Of a stretch of 64,000 nt of DNA, positions 1-18,148 are shown one piece after another. The notes beneath the pieces are model-generated. The model was not told where the DNA came from, searched no databases, and was given only the letters and a program-made list of their open reading frames with translations. Position 1 is the first letter of the stretch. Each line of letters begins with the position of its first letter. A program made the translations under genes and the position numbers. This stretch comes from Chrysomallon squamiferum. Taxonomy: Eukaryota > Animalia > Mollusca. The stretch is taken from NCBI GenBank assembly GCA_012295275.1, contig CM022672.1, forward strand, positions 35,526,001 to 35,590,000, read 5' to 3'.

Positions 1-92
1 ATATATTTATTTACCACCTGAACTACGATGAACAAACTATGAGAGAGATATGGTATATACATTTTTCTGTGCATGTAGGGTTAGGCAAGGGT

Positions 93-112
93 AAAAAGGT
101 TGAGAAACGCTG
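93..112 (-). mobile_element. Possible terminal inverted repeat remnant of a hAT-type DNA transposon or MITE
   Basis: The reverse complement CAGCGTTTCTCAACCTTTTT resembles the CAG...TTCTCAACC termini of hAT/Charlie-type elements. No partner TIR was found in the window. Confidence 0.3.
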
Positions 113-731
113 ATACACAATAACAATAGAAAAAAAGATATATAAGTGATAAAACAGTAAAGAAAAAAGTGTGTATGTATCTACATGTTACAGTCAAACT
201 AGTCCCAAGACCGCCAGGCGTTTGGCAAAATGACTAAAACGTGCAGGATTAGAACAAGCGATACTGAACTAGACTCTAGTCACTGCAACATATATTTATT
301 ATTATTATTACCACCTTTATCTTTTTTATCATTTATATATCTTTTTTCTTTTTATATATATCAGGATTTAGTTTTAATTGTGTACGTTATTCTTTTCTTT
401 TTTCCATTGTATGTATCAGTGGTATACAATTGATTAATAATCAACAGAAACCAGTTCATACTTTTTTTTTTTACGTTACCTTATATGCGCGCGCGCACAC
501 AGACACTCTGTAGAAAATTACTTTGTACAGTTCGAAGCACGCAGTTCATTGTTAATGTTTAATAATTTTTAATACAAAACGTTTTAGCGATTTGCCAGCG
601 AGCAGAATTACTCTGTTCAAATCAATTCTGTGACCAGAAACCGTAAAATAAACTAACGTTTTATTTGTATGCTCATAATAGAATCAGCGTAAAAAAAAAA
701 AAATAATAATTTAAAAAGACATAAAAAAAAA

Positions 732-781
<50 letters not shown>

Positions 782-801
782 TTAAAAAGACATAAAAAAA
801 A

Positions 802-832
<31 letters not shown>

Positions 833-1259
833 TAATAATCATAATAATAATAAATAATAATGAATAAATTAATAAATAAGTAAAAATAAAAATTAATAAT
901 ATGTGACGTTTAAACAGAAATAAATATGCTAATGTTTTCTTGTTAAAATATTTCTTCTTATTATAATTTTATTATTTATTTATTTATTTTACTTTATTTT
1001 TTACTGTGAACAACAGAATTCTTTCTACCTGTCAGTCTTGTAAACAACAATCAATGGAAACCTACTACGTATTCTGACTTGCCTATACCTGTTTAACAAT
1101 TTATTTAATTCATAGCTATTGAATATCTAGACGAATAATCAATAACGCGCACTGTACAACGCTATTGATTATCTGACTTCAGCTTCTAGTGAAAGGAAGT
1201 TTCCCGACAGTAGCAGATTTTGTTTTAAAATAATCTTCTTTCATTCTTCACCTTTTATT

Positions 1260-1365
<106 letters not shown>

Positions 1366-1705
1366 CCCTTTTTATGTTTTTTATTATTATTTTTACTTTT
1401 CGTGATTAGGAAACAGCTACATAAAAAAACTCTAGCTTTATTATAAGACTGTTTTATTTGATTTTTATCAGTTTTCTTCTTCTTTTTTTTTTATCCCAGC
1501 ATTATGAATTTTAGTTAATTTATATTGTTTAATGGATTTTATTACCTCAGTGATTTTGTTGGTTTGTTTTTTACCGCAGTTAGAAAGCAATCGAAGTTTG
1601 TTTTCTGAAGTGCTCGGGTTATCCGTGGGTTATTTTTTTGAGGATTTGTCCATCATCCAAATTAATCATCTTTCTCCTCTTCTTTCTGTCTTTCTGTATA
1701 CAAAC

Positions 1706-1763
<58 letters not shown>

Positions 1764-2264
1764 TTTTTGTTGTTGTTATTGTTACTATTATTAGCATGGA
1801 CCAATGATTTAAAAAAAGAAGAAGTAGGAAACTCATTGTTTGCATACATCATAGTACATGTTTTAGAAGATGAATGCTTTTTATTTTAGCGAACGAGAGT
1901 GAAAATTTAATTTTAATAAAAACATTTATAAGGCCTGTTGACGGACCTTTAATTTTTTTTTTTTATATTTTTTTTTTAAATTTCTGTTGTAAAACTGCAT
2001 TAAGCGTTATACTGAATGTGTCAGGGCAAACATTCAAATAACACGTGATCAGTTTGCTTTTTACATGTCAGTACGACCTCTAATGCATTGAAAATGGAAA
2101 TAGTTATATAAAAAAAGAATTATAATGGTTTCAAGTATCGTTTTACAACTTCGTACTCAGAGCTGTCTACTATGGAGTTTTAGCAGAGTAACGCGTCCAC
2201 ATTATGGTACATAATGAGAATAGTTATCCTCATATTCAAGCGCCAGTATCTTTAAAATTATTTA

Positions 2265-2316
<52 letters not shown>

Positions 2317-3541
2317 TTTTCAGGCTTGCGACGTCGTAATAATATCTGAAAAAAAAAAAAAAAAAGTACGAAACGTGTACGAGATGGAATGACGTCAAAC
2401 TTACCCCAAAAACAAAAACGAAAAAAGGTTTCGATCTTTGCAGCAATTTCTACTCAGTAATAGACATCTATGTATACGAGGCATTGATTAAATGGCATAT
2501 TTCCCCAAATTACCTTTAATAATCCATGTACAATTGATTGGATTATGAAGGAATACGTATTAAAATTTTATATACTAATAGGCGTTCGATGCTGCCATCT
2601 TGGATTTCGATCGGAAGTTTCCGTGAGCTCACCGAAAGTTTTAAACTACCAAATTAAATTATTTTGCGTCCATTTTTCAGAACTTTTTATGACTTACATT
2701 CATAAAGGTAAGGATAGTTGTTCATATTACCAAACCACGATGTCACGAACATTTTCTAATTACTTTTTCAATTTAATCAAACTTTTCAAACTGGATTATT
2801 TTTGTGTAAATGCGTGCATAATAATCTGAAATTATAATTCGGAATGAGATTAATGTTTTAACTTTTGTAGTTATGTTCCCCCTGTAAAAACCCAGCAGAA
2901 TAAGAACATTTATAGGTTGTTTGTACCCATTAAATCGGCGAAATGTCTTGAGGCTTTTTTTCCGTGACGTAATTTGTGCCATTACGAGTTATCGTTCCTG
3001 TTGGTCCATGCTACTATTATTGTTACAACGTGCGCACTACACCAGTAATCTTGTAGTTCGTATTAGAGTTCGCCGACACACATAGATCGACACAGAATAT
3101 TCAATGACGTCATTTAACCCCGGGTCAAATACGCAATAATATCACACAGATTAATACATGTATACCTCCTGCTTCTTCGACAGAACACGTTATTTTTTTT
3201 TTCATCACAATTTAAAAAAAAATCATTTAATAGCGAAGAAATAAAAAAAAGGTTAAAATTACTTTCATAAATGGCGAAAGAACAAACAATAAATAAAAAA
3301 CAGAATTAAAATGTTTTACATAAAAAAGCTAATTACTATCAAACTTTACGTGCGTGACACATAAAACAACATAAAAGAACTAAACATCATAATATATATT
3401 TTTATTTGTATAAATACCGTAATAAAAAAATGAATAAAACAGAAAAAGAATAAAAGAAAGAAAATAAATAAAAATAAGAATTAAAAAACAGCAACAAAGA
3501 TCAAATTATTAAATAAATTAGTAGTTTTGTGTTTGCACGAT

Positions 3542-3576
<35 letters not shown>

Positions 3577-3682
3577 ACATCATCAAAGAACTGTAGTCCA
3601 TGTTTATAATGATTGTAAACCTGATATTAAAACTGAATAAAAACAGTTCGGAGTAATAAGGAGATATTTTACATGTAGAAAT

Positions 3683-9525
<5,843 letters not shown>

Positions 9526-10319
9526 CTGTAAAAATAAAAATATAAAATTGCTTTCACAGTGTAAGTAATTACAAGTAAATTTATAAAACAATTAACATAA
9601 TATCTGCAGAAAATTGTGTAAGAAATGACATGTTTGTGTGTATGTGTGTCTCTGTGTGTGTCTATGTTTGTATGTGTGTGTTTATATGTTTCTTTATGTT
9701 TATGTGTGAATGTGTGAGTTTCTGTGTAGGAGTCTGTGCGTCTGTCTTTGTTTGTGTGTATATATATACATATATATATAAACACACACAGATACACAGA
9801 CATATACACACACACACATACACACACACATATATAATATTTTATATACTTAGGTATGTTTTTATGCATTTATTTATGTACCTATATATTTATGTATGTA
9901 TTTATGTAAGCAGAATTTCAAACGAGTGTGTTTAATTTATATATAAAAGAATATAAATACAGATATAAATAAAACACACACACACAAACACACAGAAACA
10001 CACACACACACACATATAATGCATATATAGACATCGCACGCACACATAATTTATAACATTTGATATAAACCTGCTACACATTATACATGTAATGCACACG
10101 TCCTACCCTAGTGACAGAAATAACGGCAGATTTGTTTTTTCCTGTAAATGGGCAGGTTTATCAGTATGTCACTATTTAGATAAATGACTGATTCTGACAT
10201 AGCCGTCTTAAAGTCGTGAACAGTTGATAAGAAAAAATTAATTATCACATTTCTGATTCTAGCAACAAATTTGAGTTCATTTTCTTGTCGCTGATGTGCT
10301 GCTGTTTTGTTCTGTCTGT

Positions 10320-13305
10320 TATTGCTACTTCTGATATTTCTGCTACTTCTGATATTTCTGCTGTTCTGATATTTCTGATACTTATTGATATTTCTGCTAC
10401 TTCTGATATTTCTGCTACTTCTGATATTTCTGATACTTCTGATATTTCTGCTGTTCTGATATTTCTGATACTTCTGATATTTCTGCTACTTACTGATATT
10501 TCTGATACTTATTGATATTTCTGCTACTTCTATTTCTGATATTTGATGCTTCTGATATTTCTGATATTTCTGCTATTGATATTTCTGCTGTTTTGATATT
10601 TCTGCTCTTGATATATTTCTGCTGCTTCTGATATTTCTGCTACTTCTGATATTTCTGCTACTTCTGATATTTCTGCTACTTCTGATATTTCTGCTACTTC
10701 TGATATTTCTGCTACTTCTGATATTTCTGCTACTTCTGCTACTTCTGATATTTCTGCTATTTCTGCTTTATTGATATTTCTGCTACTTCTGATATTTCTG
10801 CTTCTGATTTCTGATATTTCTGCTACTTCTTATTTCTTCTGATATTTCTGCTATTTCTGCTACTTCTGATATTTCTGCTACTTCTGATATTTCTTCTGAT
10901 ATTTCTGCTACTTACTGATATTTCTGCTACTTCTGATATTTCTGCTACTTCTGATATTTCTGCTACTTCTGCTACTTCTTGATATTTCTGCTACTTCTGA
11001 TATTTCTGCTACTTCTGATATTTCTGCTACTTCTGATATTTCTGCTACTTCTGATATTTCTGCTACTTCTGATATTTCTGCTACTTCTGATATTTCTGCT
11101 ATTTCTGCTACTTCTGATATTTCTGCTACTTCTGATATTTCTGCTACTTCTGATATTTCTGCTACTTCTGATATTTCTGATGCTTCTGATACTTCTGATA
11201 TTTCTGCTATTTCTGATATTTCTGATATTTCTGCTGTTTCTGATATTTCTGATATTTCTGCTGCTTCTGATATTTCTGCTGTTCTGATATTTCTGCTGTT
11301 CTGATATTTCTGCTGCTTCTGATATTTCTGCTTTCTTCTGATATTTCTGCTATTTCTGATATTTCTGATATTTTCTGCTACTTCTGATATTTCTGCTACT
11401 TCTGATATTTCTGCTGCTTCTGATATTTCTGCTACTTCTGATATTTCTGCTGCTTCTGATATTTCTGATACTTCTGATATTTCTGCTTTTCTGATATTTC
11501 TGCTATTCTTGATATTTCTGCTACTTCTGCTTTTCTGATATTTCTGCTACTTCTGATATTTCTGCTGCTTCTGATATTTCTGCTACTTCTGATATTTCTG
11601 CTGTTTCTGCTATTTCTGATATTTCTGCTTTCTGCTGCTTCTTGATATTTCTGCTGCTTCTGATATTTCTGCTACTTCTGATATTTCTGCTACTTCTGAT
11701 ATTTCTGCTACTTCTGATATTTCTGATATTTCTGCTACTTCTGATATTTCTGCTACTTCTGATATTTCTGATATTTCTGCTACTTCTGATATTTCTGATA
11801 TTTCTGCTACTTCTGATATTTCTGCTACTTCTGCTTTCTGATATTTCTGCTGCTTCTGATATTTCTGCTACTTCTTGATTTTCTGCTTTCTGATATTTCT
11901 GCTACTTCTATTTCTTTCTGCTGATTCTGATATTTCTGCTTTCTGATATTTCTGATATTTCTGCTTATTGATATTTCTGCTGCTTCTGATGTTTCTGCTA
12001 CTTCTGATTGATTTCTGCTACTTCTGATATTTCTGCTTTCTGATATTTCTGCTACTTCTATTTCTGCTTCTGATATTTCTGCTACTTCTGATATTTCTGC
12101 TACTTCTGATATTTCTGCTTCTGATTTTCTGATATTTCTGCTACTTCTGATGATTTTCTGCTACTTCTGATATTTCTGCTACTTCTGATATTTCTGATAT
12201 TTCTGATATTTCTGATATTTCTGATATTTCTGATATTTCTGATATTTCTGATACTTCTGATATTTCTGCTACTTCTGATATTTCTGCTACTTATTGATAT
12301 TTCTGCTACTTCTGATATTTCTGATATTTCTGATACTTCTGATATTTCTGCTACTTCTGATATTTCTGCTACTTCTGATTTTCTTGATATTTCTGCTACT
12401 TCTGATATTTCTGATGTGATGATATTTCTGATATTTCTGATACTTCTGATATTTCTGCTACTTCTGATATTTCTGCTACTTCTGATATTTCTGCTGCTTT
12501 TCTGATATTTCTTTCTGCTACTTCTGATATTTCTGCTACTGCTGCTTCTGATATTTCTGCTATTTTCTGATATTTCTGCTACTTCTGATATTTCTGCTGC
12601 TTCTGATATTTCTGCTACTTCTGATATTTCTGCTACTTCTGCTACTTCTGATATTTCTGCTGCTTCTGATATTTCTGCTACTTCTGATATTTCTGCTACT
12701 TCTGATATTTCTGCTTTTATTGATGATTTTCTGCTGTTCTGATATTTCTGCTGCTTCTGCTACTTCTGATATTTCTGCTACTTCTGATATTTCTGCTACT
12801 TCTTGATATTTCTGCTGTTCTGATATTTCTGCTGCTTCTTCTGATATTTCTGCTGTTTCTGATATTTCTGCTACTTCTGATATTTCTGCTGCTTCTTGAT
12901 ATTTCTGCTGCTTCTGATATTTCTGCTGTTCTGATATTTCTGCTGTTTCTGATATTTCTGCTGCTTCTGATATTTCTGCTACTTCTGATATTTCTGCTGC
13001 TTCTGATATTTCTGCTACTTATTGATATTTCTGCTACTTCTGATATTTCTGCTACTTCTGATATTTCTGCTGCTTCTGATATTTCTGCTACTTATGGATA
13101 TTTCTGCTATTTCTGCTACTTCTGATATTTCTGCTACTTCTGATATTTCTGCTACTTATTGATATTTCTGCTACTTCTGATATTTCTGCTACTTCTGATA
13201 TTTCTGCTACTTATTGATATTTCTGCTACTTCTGCTACTTATTGATATTTCTGCTACTTCTGATATTTCTGCTACTTCTGCTACTTATTGATATTTCTGC
13301 TACTA
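10320..13305. repeat. ~3 kb 9/18-bp satellite (ttctgatat / ttctgctac)
   Basis: Direct reading, with many irregular units. Confidence 0.95.
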
Positions 13306-15732
13306 GTATACTTCTTCTAGTACGACTAACACTATGATTAGTACTAACCACCACTACTATTACTGTTATTACTGCTGTTATCATTATGTTTTAAGATACT
13401 GATTTTGTTTACAATGTTTTTTGTTTTTGTTTGTTTGTTTGTTTTTGTTTTGTTTTATTTTTTATTTTTGTAGTTTATTTGTGGGTTTTTTTTTTTTTTT
13501 TTTTTTGTAGCCACTGATTCGTGAAACCACGACGTACTGATAAGGGTATTGTTTCTGAAACGAACTTGAGACAAAATCAGTAAAGGGTAATGAAATTAGT
13601 AAAATATCAAATTTGAAAAAAAACTACATTTTTATCTTTATTTTCTGTTCAAAAATATATACTAGCTGAAGTCAAGTAAAACGTAAATTTGTAGATCCAG
13701 AATGACGTAAAAAGAATTCCCGTGACGTCACATATATATGATAGATTTACATTTTAATGTAAAATGATTTAATGGAAATATTAATGTAATACTGACTAGA
13801 AGACACATTAAAGTAATACTGATTAGAAACTCATATTAATATTATATTGACTAGAAGTACATATTAATAGCAGTAGAATAGCTTTCTTGTTGTAGTTGTT
13901 GTTTTTATTAATACTTAAATAATAGTAAGAACAACAACAACAACAAATAAATAAATAAATAAAAACCAAATAAAGAAGCTTAAAGCCAAAACCCAAAATA
14001 CCAACGTAAAATATTTAACTAGTTGAAATAAAAAATATAGATAATATATTTAAACTCTGTACATACTGGATTAAGTAGTAATCAGATATAATGATAGAAG
14101 GTAACGTTTTCGCTGAGCAATATGGCTAAACTATGTTATCTAAACACACCTGATAACGCCACTGACCTGTACAATCACTGTTAACTAATACATTACCTAC
14201 AAGTACAGCAACGTGAAAATATTTATATATAAAACGTGCCTTTTGATTTTTGCCCAAAATCAGACATTTTTTCAGCCATATGTTTTTTCTAGCGGAGTGA
14301 GTGTTCTTGTGAAACTCTTCCTGGTCTCACCGACATTCATCTAATTCGAGTATTGTTTACCTGTGTTTTCAGGTTGCTAAGTTACCCGTGGCGGCGAGAC
14401 GTGAATGAATCCAGCTGTAGAGTCATGATTCTCTTTTACTGAGTTATACAGTACGTAAACAAACACAATGGAATCAGTTGCGAAATATCCACAAGTCAGA
14501 ATTAAAAAAAATGAAGGATACTCCGCTGAAAACGTATTAAATTGGAGATGATAAATCAGAACAAAAGAAATTAAGATATAATCAGTTCAAAATTAATGAA
14601 TTGCAGACGATAAATCAGAATAAAGGAAATGAAGATATACTCAATTCAAAACGTATTAATTGCAGGCAGTAAATCAGAATAAAAGAAGTGATGATATAAT
14701 CAGTTCAGAATGTATTAACTGTTGACCTGTCGGTGAAAAAAGATATTATATTTATCATATTGATGACGTCTATCCTTTTTATTTTAATTCTAAAATATCC
14801 TGTTATATATAAAAATATAGTCATCAGACAATATTTTTCAACAGTCTGTGTTCCTTTATGTAATCAAAAGTTCGCTAAATTGCTACTATAACTACTACTA
14901 TTACTAATATCAATAACAACAGCAATACTATTACTAAAAATAATAATAATAAACAAATAAATAAAAGAAAACAAAAAAGAGGAATGTGCTATAATGAATT
15001 TTTTCATTGCATTTTTACTCTCTCTCTCTCTACACACTGAACAAACAAAAACATAGCTTTCTATATAGATTCCATTTGAAGAAATGAGGTCATTTTTATT
15101 TTTATTTATTATTTTTTTTTTTTTAACCGCTGTTAGAAAGCAATCGAAGTTTATTTTGATATTAATTGCTCGAGGTTTTTTTTTTTTTTTTTTTTTTTTT
15201 GAGGATGTGTCGAGCATCCAAACTAATGCGTCATTCTCCTCTTCTTTCTGTCATTAAACACGTGTACGTACACAAACTTATAATAATAATACACAATTAC
15301 ATCATAAAGGTTAATACATATATATGAATATTCATAAGCTGTCAAAAAGATGATTTACTTTTTAACTTGGTTTTTAATGTTTCTTTATTATGTGCTAATT
15401 ATACGTAGCAGTTACTCACTTGTGAAAAACAAACTTGTAAAACTAAGCTAGACAGTCGTTCCTGATTCTTCTACAGAACACTTTAACTTCAGATATTTTT
15501 AATAAGTGCTGTATTTACATAAGATATTATTTGTAAAAACAAAGGATTATCGAGGTTTCCTGCCGAAATTAATTATTCTTAATAAAAGTCTTTTCTAACT
15601 GACAGTAATTTAAATACCCAATCATGTTTTAAAACTTATCATTATACTAATTGGTTAATGATTAGGAAAAAAAACAACACTTTTTTTGAATTTATGTTTT
15701 ATTATTATTGTTTCATTATTGTTAGAAAGATA

Positions 15733-15822
<90 letters not shown>

Positions 15823-16339
15823 AGGTACAAAACGAGATAATTATCTGAAAACAAACAGAGATGTTTAACACTAACTTTCCGTCAACTCTGGGCATAAAAA
15901 CATTTTGTTGTATGTAAAGTGTTTTTTATATTTATACTGGAAACAAAGATTCTCTTCCATGAATATGATAAATCATGATATATATATAGATATAGTAAAA
16001 GTTAAAATAAATCTGTCAGTTTAGAGAACTAAATGAAAGCAAACTCAAATTTAACAAACAAACAAAAAAAAAAAAAAAAAAAAAAAAAGCCACAATTGTT
16101 ATACAAACTTTCTTTACATTTCTCACAATGATTAAATTCAGTATTGGAAACGTCTGTATGAAAGATTTCAACTTTTATCTGTCAAATGATAATTATTTCA
16201 TATATCATTAAAGAAAAATATTTAAAAAGTAAGAATTTAATTAAGAATAAAGTGTATTTTTTCATTCCACTGTGATAGAAAACAAGGGAAATTTCATTTG
16301 CAAATACAGAGAGCAGAGATCTAATTAATATTTATAAAA

Positions 16340-16570
16340 ATCTGATTGTTTAATACAACTGCATAAGAAACTATGATTGGTTGTTATCACTGTGTATAAG
16401 AATCTGATTGGCTAATATAACTGTATAAGAAACACTGATTGGCTGGTATTAATATTTACAAGAATCTGATTGGTGGACATGATTGCATAACAAAATCTGA
16501 TTGATTGGTTGTAACTTAAATAACACAATCTGACTGGCTGACATCAATGTTTATGAAAATCTGATTGGTC
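16340..16570. repeat. Degenerate 31-bp-period array with a conserved CTGATTGG core (8 units)
   Basis: Cores at 16342, 16373, 16404, 16435, 16466, 16497, 16530 and 16561. Confidence 0.8.
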
Positions 16571-16999
16571 TAATTTAAAATGGCATGTCTAACTCAATAT
16601 GACAAGATTTTGAACAATGTCATAAACAAATCATATATAAATAGTTTTTATATTTTCTGATCCTCTTTGCTTTTGTTCTTGAAGATGCTCATATCATTTG
16701 TCTGTTAGTGTTAGTAGAAAGGTAAATATAACCATACAAACAACTTACTGATGTTTTCTATGTTAAAGAAATTAATATCACACATATCTATCTATAATTT
16801 CAGAAAATATGTATTATAAGGAAAGCTGTATAATCTCAGAAAATTTTAGAAACTTTGTGAAATATCTTATTCGCTGAGGAAACTGGTAATGTCTGCAGCT
16901 ACCAATCAGTAAAGAATTTCAAGATGGAGGTTTGATGATGACAAACCAGTTTGAGCAACAGAGATTTCTTCAAACTTTACAAATCTGAGTCCAGCCGTC

Positions 17000-17285
17000 C
17001 ACTTGTCTGTCTACAGTTAGGTGTTTAATGTGAGTTTGCTCTTTTTACAAACACTTGTCTGTAGACAGTTGGGTGTTTAATGTGAGTTTGCTCTTTAGAC
17101 AGTTGGGTGTTTAATGTGAGTTTGCTCTTTTTACAAACACTTGTCTGTAGACAGTTGGGTGTTTAATGTGAGTTTGCTCTTTTTACAAACACTTGTCTGT
17201 AGACAGTTGGGTGTTTAATGTGAGTTTGCTCTTTTTACAAACACTTGTCTGTAGACAGTTGGGTGTTTAATGCGAGTTTGCTCTG
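17000..17285. repeat. 52-bp minisatellite (~5 units)
   Basis: Unit acttgtctgtagacagttgggtgtttaatgtgagtttgctctttttacaaac. Confidence 0.9.
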
Positions 17286-17987
17286 CAGGTGACCAGGTTT
17301 CTCGAGGATCATGACCAACTTTGGCCACATTAATTTCAGTTCAGTGATTAACAATATTTTCAGAAATTTTCACCAATTATACCTATTTCCTCATAATACA
17401 TATTTCCTGTAATATACATATTAAAAACAAATACTAAAAATTAGTAATAATAATAAGTAATTTTTTTTTACCAGTCATAAGTCATTCTATGAAAAAAACA
17501 TAAAATGAAGAAAACAAAAAACAACAACAACAAAACAAAACAAAACAAAATAAAAACAACAAACAAAAAGCATTGTTAAGAGATTTTTCAAGTTTTATAC
17601 AAACTAAAACAAATTGTTTTTCACAGTCAGCATCACAGTTATTATTAATTGTCATCACAATTTTTAAAAATATGATTTAAATAAGCTAAGGTTAAAATTA
17701 CTTTCATAAATGGTGAAAGAACAAAGAATAAATAAATAACAGAATTAAAATGTTACACATACAAAAGCTAATTACTGTCAAACTTTATGTGCGTAACACA
17801 TAAAACAACATAAAAGAACTAAACATCATAATATATGTTTTTATTTGTATAAATACCCTAATAAAAAGTTAACAAAACAAAACAGAAAAAGAACAAAAGA
17901 AAGAAAATAAATAAAAATAAGAATGAAAAAAACAGCAACAAAAATCAAATTATGAAATAAATTAGTAGTTTTGTGTTTGCACGATCC

Positions 17988-18042
<55 letters not shown>

Positions 18043-18148
18043 ACATCATCAAAGAACTGTAGTCCATGTTTATAATGATTGTAAACCTGATATTAAAACT
18101 GAATAAAAACAGTTTGGAGTAATAAGGAGATATTTTACATGTAGAAAT

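Noticed and set aside
10320-13305. Minus strand reads as (SEVAEI)n, a possible acidic repeat exon upstream of the duplicate module
   Set aside because: There are many frameshifts, the frame stops near 10246, and I found no compatible splice sites. Assembly noise means it cannot be entirely excluded.
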